A stretch of 64,000 nucleotides of DNA from Acidimicrobiia bacterium (GTDB lineage: Bacteria; Actinomycetota; Acidimicrobiia; Spongiisociales; Spongiisociaceae). The notes beneath the pieces were generated by a model. The model was not told where the DNA came from. It ran no database searches and was given only the letters and a program-made list of their open reading frames with translations. The translations under genes were made by a program, and so were the position numbers. How positions within the stretch are numbered: position 1 is the first letter of the stretch; every line of letters begins with the position of its first letter. Of this stretch, positions 59,009 to 64,000 are shown in pieces. The DNA is taken from assembly GCA_041576165.1 (NCBI GenBank), contig JBFGLM010000011.1:37657-101656 (forward strand), given 5' to 3'.

Positions 59009-59673
59009 CTATCAGGGTCGCCATCGCCGACGATCAGCCGCTGGTCCGAGCCGGTTTTCGAGCCTTGGTCGAATACGACGACGGTCTTGAAATCGCCGGC
59101 GAAGCCGCAGACGGGAACGAGGCTGTGACACTCGCCCAGGCGGACATCCCTGACGTGATGCTGATGGACATCCGCATGCCCAATCTCAACGGGATCGACG
59201 CCACCCGCCAGATCACCCAATCAGCCGGGACCAAGGCGGTGCGGGTGCTCATCCTGACAACGTTCGATCTGGATGAGTACGTGTACGAGGCATTGCGAGC
59301 CGGGGCAAGCGGCTTTCTCCTGAAGGACCGGCCCCCCGAGGAGGTCCTCGAGGCGATCAAAGTCGTCGCCGCGGGGGATGCCCTTCTCTCGCCCTCGGTC
59401 ACCCGGCGCCTCATCGAGCAGTTCGCCCAACGCCCTGCCCCAGCTCCGCTCGCCCGGTCGCTTGACCTTCTCACGGCCCGTGAACGCGAGGTGATGGCCG
59501 AAGTAGCCGGCGGCCTGTCGAACGCGGAGATCGCCGACCGGTTGTTCGTCAGTCCGGCAACCGTCAAGACCCATGTCGCCCGGGCGATGATGAAGCTGGA
59601 CGCGCACGACCGTGCCCAACTGGTGATGCTGGCATACGAATGTGGCCTGGTGACACCGGGTCACGCCCGCTGA
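59005..59673 (+). CDS. NarL/LuxR family response regulator
   Basis: ADDQ, LMDIRMP, LTTFD, LLKD; HTH LTARERE..SNAEIA..TVKTHV. Confidence 0.95.
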   Translation: MTIRVAIADDQPLVRAGFRALVEYDDGLEIAGEAADGNEAVTLAQADIPDVMLMDIRMPNLNGIDATRQITQSAGTKAVRVLILTTFDLDEYVYEALRAGASGFLLKDRPPEEVLEAIKVVAAGDALLSPSVTRRLIEQFAQRPAPAPLARSLDLLTAREREVMAEVAGGLSNAEIADRLFVSPATVKTHVARAMMKLDAHDRAQLVMLAYECGLVTPGHAR

Positions 59674-59797
59674 ATACACCGTACGGAGTACCCCGCTACT
59701 GCGCCGCGCCGAGCCGAGAAACACGTCCGGCGGGCGACGACGGCCGGCCGCCTACGACATACGTTGCCGCGAAAGCCACTCGCGGAAGGAGGCAACG

Positions 59798-61054
59798 ATG
59801 TCAATGGTGCAGTGGCAACGGAGTCAGCTACGTGGCCTCATCGGATTGGTGGTGGCGATCACGGTGATCGCGGCCGCATGTGGAACAACCGACCCCGACT
59901 CATCGGGTCCGACCGGAGTCGCCATACCCGATTCGCCGGTCGGCGAACAGTTGCAGTGGGCCCTCGACCAGCTCAACGGAGACGCCGTCACACTCACCCC
60001 GGCCCTGGTCGAGCAGCGCCTCGATGCCGGCCTGTTGCAGTTCGCCTTCTCGGCGGACGAAGTCGTTCGGATGATGCAGGAGACCGCCCAGACCATGGGT
60101 CCCTTCGAACTCGAAGGATTTGCATTTCCGCCAACCGACACGATGGCGGTGGCGCTGATCCGGGCCGCGCGGGCTGGAAGCGAAGGTGACGAGGCCGCCC
60201 TGTACCTGGAGGTGTCTGCCGCAGGTGCCAACGAGATCACCAACCTGCAAGTGGGTGATCGGCCGGCCCCAGCCGTCGGAGAAGACCCCTACAGCGGATG
60301 GTTCGACCTCGGCGGACGGTCGATGTATTTGAGTTGTTCGGGAAGCGCCGGTCCCACGGTCATTCTGGACGGTGGCACGACCCTCGATTGGGGCCCAATC
60401 CAGACCGAGGTCGGCGCCTTCGCCCGGGCGTGCAGCTACGACAAGCCGAACGCCGAGTGGGGACGCAGCGATCCGGTGGCGGGACGACGAACGGCGACCC
60501 ACGCCGTCGGGGACCTCGCTGCACTGCTGGACGCCGCCGATGTGCCCGGCCCCTACGTGCTGGTCGGCCACTCCCGGAGCGGCCTGTTCGCGCAGCTGTT
60601 CGCGATCGAACACCCGGCAGATGTAGCGGGCTTGGTGCTGGTCGACTCGCAGCATCACGCCCAGGGCGAGCGGGAAGCCGAGCTGGTTCGCCGGTTCCTC
60701 GATGACCGCGATTCCGCGGCGAACGAGCCCGGTCAGGAAGCCGCGCTGGTCGATCCATTGGGCTTTGACGACCACCAGAGCTTTGCCGAAGTGAAGGCGG
60801 CACTGGCGGACCGGCCGTTCCCCCAGATACCGCTCGTAGTCATTACCCACACGGTCCCGTCGGACTTCGGCGTCTCGCCGGAGATGGCCGCCGCAGTCGA
60901 AGCCATGTGGCAGGAACTGCAGACGGACCTGACCCGGCTCAGCCCGCACTCGAGCCAGGTTATGGCGGAAGGCGCCAGCCACGAGATACCGGCCGAACGA
61001 CCCGACATCGTCGTTGAGGCCATCCGGACGGTCATCGGCCGCCTATCCGGCTGA
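59798..61054 (+). CDS. Lipoprotein alpha/beta hydrolase with extra N-terminal domain
   Basis: Lipobox IAAAC; IPDSPVGEQLQW N-domain; LVGHSRSG nucleophile elbow; ASHEI. Confidence 0.85.
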   Translation: MSMVQWQRSQLRGLIGLVVAITVIAAACGTTDPDSSGPTGVAIPDSPVGEQLQWALDQLNGDAVTLTPALVEQRLDAGLLQFAFSADEVVRMMQETAQTMGPFELEGFAFPPTDTMAVALIRAARAGSEGDEAALYLEVSAAGANEITNLQVGDRPAPAVGEDPYSGWFDLGGRSMYLSCSGSAGPTVILDGGTTLDWGPIQTEVGAFARACSYDKPNAEWGRSDPVAGRRTATHAVGDLAALLDAADVPGPYVLVGHSRSGLFAQLFAIEHPADVAGLVLVDSQHHAQGEREAELVRRFLDDRDSAANEPGQEAALVDPLGFDDHQSFAEVKAALADRPFPQIPLVVITHTVPSDFGVSPEMAAAVEAMWQELQTDLTRLSPHSSQVMAEGASHEIPAERPDIVVEAIRTVIGRLSG

Positions 61055-61086
61055 TGACTATCCGGAACGTGAAAGGACACAACGAG

Positions 61087-61992
61087 ATGAACACGATCGA
61101 AGTATCGGAACTCACCAAACGCTACGGCAAGGTGACGGCCGTCGATGACCTCAGCTTCACGGTGGAGCGGGGCTCAATCACCGGCTTCATCGGCCCCAAC
61201 GGCGCCGGCAAAACCACGACCCTGCGGCTGATGCTCGGTCTGGCATTGCCGGACCGAGGCACCGCTCGTTTCGACGGACGCACCTACCGTGAGCTCGAGA
61301 ATCCCTCCGCGCAGGTGGGCGCAGTGCTGGAGCCGGGCGGCTTCCATCCGGCCCGGACAGCTCGCAGCCATCTGCGGGCGCTGGCCCACGGCGCCGGGAT
61401 CGACGAGCGCCGCGTGGACGAGGTGCTGGAACAGGTTGCCCTCGACGATGCCGCCGAACGCCGGGCCGGCGGCTTCTCGCTCGGCATGCGACAACGACTG
61501 GGTTTGGCCGCGGCCCTGCTCGGCCGGCCCTCGATCCTGCTGCTCGACGAACCGGCCAACGGCCTCGACCCGGCCGGCATTCGCTGGCTGCGCGAGCTGT
61601 TACGCAGCCAGGCCGACGACGGAACAACCGTGCTGGTTTCGAGCCACGTCCTGGCCGAGCTGGCCCAGTCGATAGACCACGCGGTCATCATCAACCGCGG
61701 CCGGTTGGTGACGTCATGTCCGATCGACGAATTGCACGTCCGGTCGGGACAGGCAGCCCAGGTGCGAACCGGCGCGCCCGACCGACTGCTGGCGGCACTG
61801 GCCGCTCAGGGCGTGGCGGCCGAAACGATCTCGCCGGACATGGTCCGGGTGAGCGGATCCACCGACCTGGTCGAATATCTGGCCCGGGCCGCCGGTGTGC
61901 CCGTCTACGAAATCACACCCTCGACCAGCAACCTGGAGGACGTCGTGTTGAGCCTCATCGCCTCCGACGCCTCTGCGACGACAAGGAGCTGA
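61087..61992 (+). CDS. ABC transporter ATP-binding protein
   Basis: GPNGAGKTT, FSLGMRQR, LDEPANGLDP; SD AAAGGA. Confidence 0.95.
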   Translation: MNTIEVSELTKRYGKVTAVDDLSFTVERGSITGFIGPNGAGKTTTLRLMLGLALPDRGTARFDGRTYRELENPSAQVGAVLEPGGFHPARTARSHLRALAHGAGIDERRVDEVLEQVALDDAAERRAGGFSLGMRQRLGLAAALLGRPSILLLDEPANGLDPAGIRWLRELLRSQADDGTTVLVSSHVLAELAQSIDHAVIINRGRLVTSCPIDELHVRSGQAAQVRTGAPDRLLAALAAQGVAAETISPDMVRVSGSTDLVEYLARAAGVPVYEITPSTSNLEDVVLSLIASDASATTRS

Positions 61993-61994
61993 AC

Positions 61995-62726
61995 ATGCCC
62001 AGAAGCATTTGGGCCGAACTCACGAAACTACGGACGACTCGCCTGCCGCTGATCCTCTCGGCCCTCTCGGTGCTGGTGACGATCCTCCCCGTCGCCTGGC
62101 TGCTGGTCGACCGGTCCGCCACCATCTCATTCGGATCAGGTGGAGCCGGCCAGGCAATCGCGATCGGGAGCGCTGCTCCGTTCTTCGCCCTCGGTCTCGG
62201 CCTGGTCGGCATGGCCGGCGAGTTCGTCCACGGCACCGCCGTGCCCACCTTCTTGGTCGAGCCCAGACGGAGCCGGGTCGTCGCCGCCAAGGCGATCGTG
62301 TATTCGATCGCCGGCGCTGCCCTGGTGTTCGTGTCGGGTATGGCGTTGGCGGGCGCGGGCTTGGGCGTCGCCGCAGTGCGGGGACTCGAGGTCACATGGC
62401 CGCTTGGCGAGCTCGCGCTGGGTTTTGCGACCAGCACGGCCGCCGGCGGGCTGTTCGCCCTCCTGGGTCTGGGGCTGGGAGCGATCATGCGCAACCAGAC
62501 CGCGGCCGCGGTGACGGCGCTCGCCTGGTTCCTGGTCGCCGAGGAAGTGCTGACCTTCACGGTCGGCCAGGCCCCGGCCCGGTGGCTTCCGGGTGAGGTG
62601 ACCAGTCGTCTCAGTGGCGCGACCGAACCGGGTACGGCCGTGGCGGCGTTCCTGCTGCTGGCTGTGTACGCCGGCGCAGTAGTGCTGGCCGGCACCGGAG
62701 TCTTGCGGCAGCGCGACCTCGCTTGA
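61995..62726 (+). CDS. ABC-2 type permease
   Basis: AELTKLRT, GEFVHGT..TFLVEPRR, RQRDL; SD AAGGAG. Confidence 0.9.
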   Translation: MPRSIWAELTKLRTTRLPLILSALSVLVTILPVAWLLVDRSATISFGSGGAGQAIAIGSAAPFFALGLGLVGMAGEFVHGTAVPTFLVEPRRSRVVAAKAIVYSIAGAALVFVSGMALAGAGLGVAAVRGLEVTWPLGELALGFATSTAAGGLFALLGLGLGAIMRNQTAAAVTALAWFLVAEEVLTFTVGQAPARWLPGEVTSRLSGATEPGTAVAAFLLLAVYAGAVVLAGTGVLRQRDLA

Positions 62727-62736
62727 TCTGAACTGG

Positions 62737-62765
62737 TGGCCCCGGGCCGGCGGAGCCCGGGGCCA
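62737..62765. terminator. Hairpin between convergent genes
   Basis: 11-bp inverted repeat TGGCCCCGGGC/GCCCGGGGCCA. Confidence 0.6.
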
Positions 62766-62781
62766 TGTTCATGGCGTGGCG

Positions 62782-63666
62782 TCAACCATTCTCGGCCAAT
62801 CCGGCCCGCGCCGGCGCCCGCTGGGTACTCCCGTAAGCGACGGCCGCCAGCACGACTACTCCGCCGACGATGGTCTGAACCGGTGGTGGCTCGCTGAGAA
62901 ACAGCCAGGCCCACCCGGTGGCAGCCACAGTCTCGATCGGGGTGAACAGGCTGACCTGGGCGGTCGGCAGGTACCGGGTCGAGGTGGCCACCGCCACCCG
63001 GCCCGCCGGACCGGCCAATCCCCCGAGGAAGGCCAGGATCAACAGGGCCCGGGTTGAGACGCCCAGAGGGTTGGCCGGCACCGCCGCGACCAGCGCCATC
63101 GTGAAACCGCCCAGGCCGACCGCCACCATGCGGTTGAGACGCGGGTAGTGCCGCCATAGTGTGAGGTTGGTGGCGAATGCGGTGATCGCGCCGACTGCGA
63201 ACAGGTCTCCCTCGACCCGCCCTGCGCCGAACGAGCCGGAGACGACCAGGAGGATGCCGCCGATCGAGGCGGCGATGGCGAGCCAGGTCCGGACGGTGGT
63301 CCTTTCACCGATGGCGAACCGGGCGATCAGCGCCGCCATCACCGGCGAGGCGGCGACGATCACAACCGTGTTCGACACGGTCGTCGAGTTGATCGCGAGG
63401 ATGAAGAACGTCGTGCTGGTCGCCTGCAGCGCCCCCGAAACCACGACCGGGACGCCGTCGGTCCGGATCGCCGCCGGGAGTGACTGCCCGGTACGGATCG
63501 GAACGAGGAACAGCATGGCGAGGGTGGTGAACACGCCCAGCCAGAAGGCGACATCCCAGCTGTCTGCCCGCGTGAGCCGGATGCCCAGTGAATCGAGGCT
63601 GATCAGCAGCATGCCGCCCGCCGCCATCAGTACGCCGGTCTGGTGGGGTCGCAACCTCGAATGCAT
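62782..63666 (-). CDS. DMT/EamA family transporter
   Basis: Ten TM helices in two repeats; FAIGERT and LFLSEPP motifs. Confidence 0.88.
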   Translation of the reverse strand: MHSRLRPHQTGVLMAAGGMLLISLDSLGIRLTRADSWDVAFWLGVFTTLAMLFLVPIRTGQSLPAAIRTDGVPVVVSGALQATSTTFFILAINSTTVSNTVVIVAASPVMAALIARFAIGERTTVRTWLAIAASIGGILLVVSGSFGAGRVEGDLFAVGAITAFATNLTLWRHYPRLNRMVAVGLGGFTMALVAAVPANPLGVSTRALLILAFLGGLAGPAGRVAVATSTRYLPTAQVSLFTPIETVAATGWAWLFLSEPPPVQTIVGGVVVLAAVAYGSTQRAPARAGLAENG

Positions 63667-63792
63667 TGGCCGAGTATGGCCAACTCCCTCCGGGGTCGCG
63701 CCCCGTTTTTGCGATCCTTAGGCTGCAGGGTCCCTCGAGGGCGCCTTGCAGCCGAAACTTCATCCCGGCTCAGTCCGCCAGCCCGAACCTCC

Positions 63793-63825
63793 GGCTCCTG
63801 GGTCCCCTCAGGGGACCCAGGAGCC
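63793..63825. repeat. Perfect 15-bp inverted repeat in a divergent intergenic region
   Basis: GGCTCCTGGGTCCCC-TCA-GGGGACCCAGGAGCC. Confidence 0.85.
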
Positions 63826-63867
63826 TAAGGAACGCTGCCGGACCCCGCCGCGTACACTGCCCGCGCC

Positions 63868-64000
63868 ATGCCTCTGCGCACCACTGTGATCGGCGCGTTC
63901 CCCAAACCCGACTACGTGTGGCTCCCAGACTGGTTTCACGGCCCCTCCACAACGGGCGCCGAAGCCACCATTGCGACGTCCAGGATCACCCCAAGCGACG
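63868..64000 (+). CDS. 5' end of a probable cobalamin-independent methionine synthase II family protein (cut by window edge)
   Basis: Hand translation MPLRTTVIGAFPKPDYVWLPDWF matches the TT.IG.(Y/F)PKP N-terminal motif; TACACT -10 at 63853. Confidence 0.6.
   Translation, partial: MPLRTTVIGAFPKPDYVWLPDWFHGPSTTGAEATIATSRITPSD

Noticed and set aside
1-64000. Defence systems, CRISPR, prophage, IS elements, tRNA or rRNA
   Set aside because: No supporting motifs; the CPBP 'Abi' protease is not evidence of abortive infection

Overview
High-GC window with about 60 coding regions, gene content typical of an actinobacterium (probably Acidimicrobiia-like; an inference from gene repertoire, the LexA-box type and apparent leaderless genes). 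I found no rRNA, tRNA, CRISPR array, transposase or prophage. It is a mosaic of small accessory and housekeeping modules: LigC ligase, Rieske ferredoxin plus cytochrome P450, an ECF sigma pair, Hsp20, dodecin, a GH13 glucan enzyme, several ABC systems, class I fructose-bisphosphate aldolase, a ugp-like operon ending in a ScyD/E-CRTAC1 fusion lipoprotein, SOS-boxed AlkB, a BNR-propeller plus MoaD/ThiS pair, Kup, a divergent AhcY paralog, and a two-component/ABC module. Best leads: (1) an unannotated 26-codon leader ORF whose stop overlaps the kup start, possibly K+-responsive translational control; (2) a GcoA/CYP255-like P450 with a QE I-helix coupled to a Rieske ferredoxin; (3) the BNR propeller plus ubiquitin-like GG protein operon; (4) a structured leader before an ankyrin gene; (5) an AhcY paralog with altered catalytic residues. 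Several genes look degraded. All family assignments come from motif recognition, not database searches.
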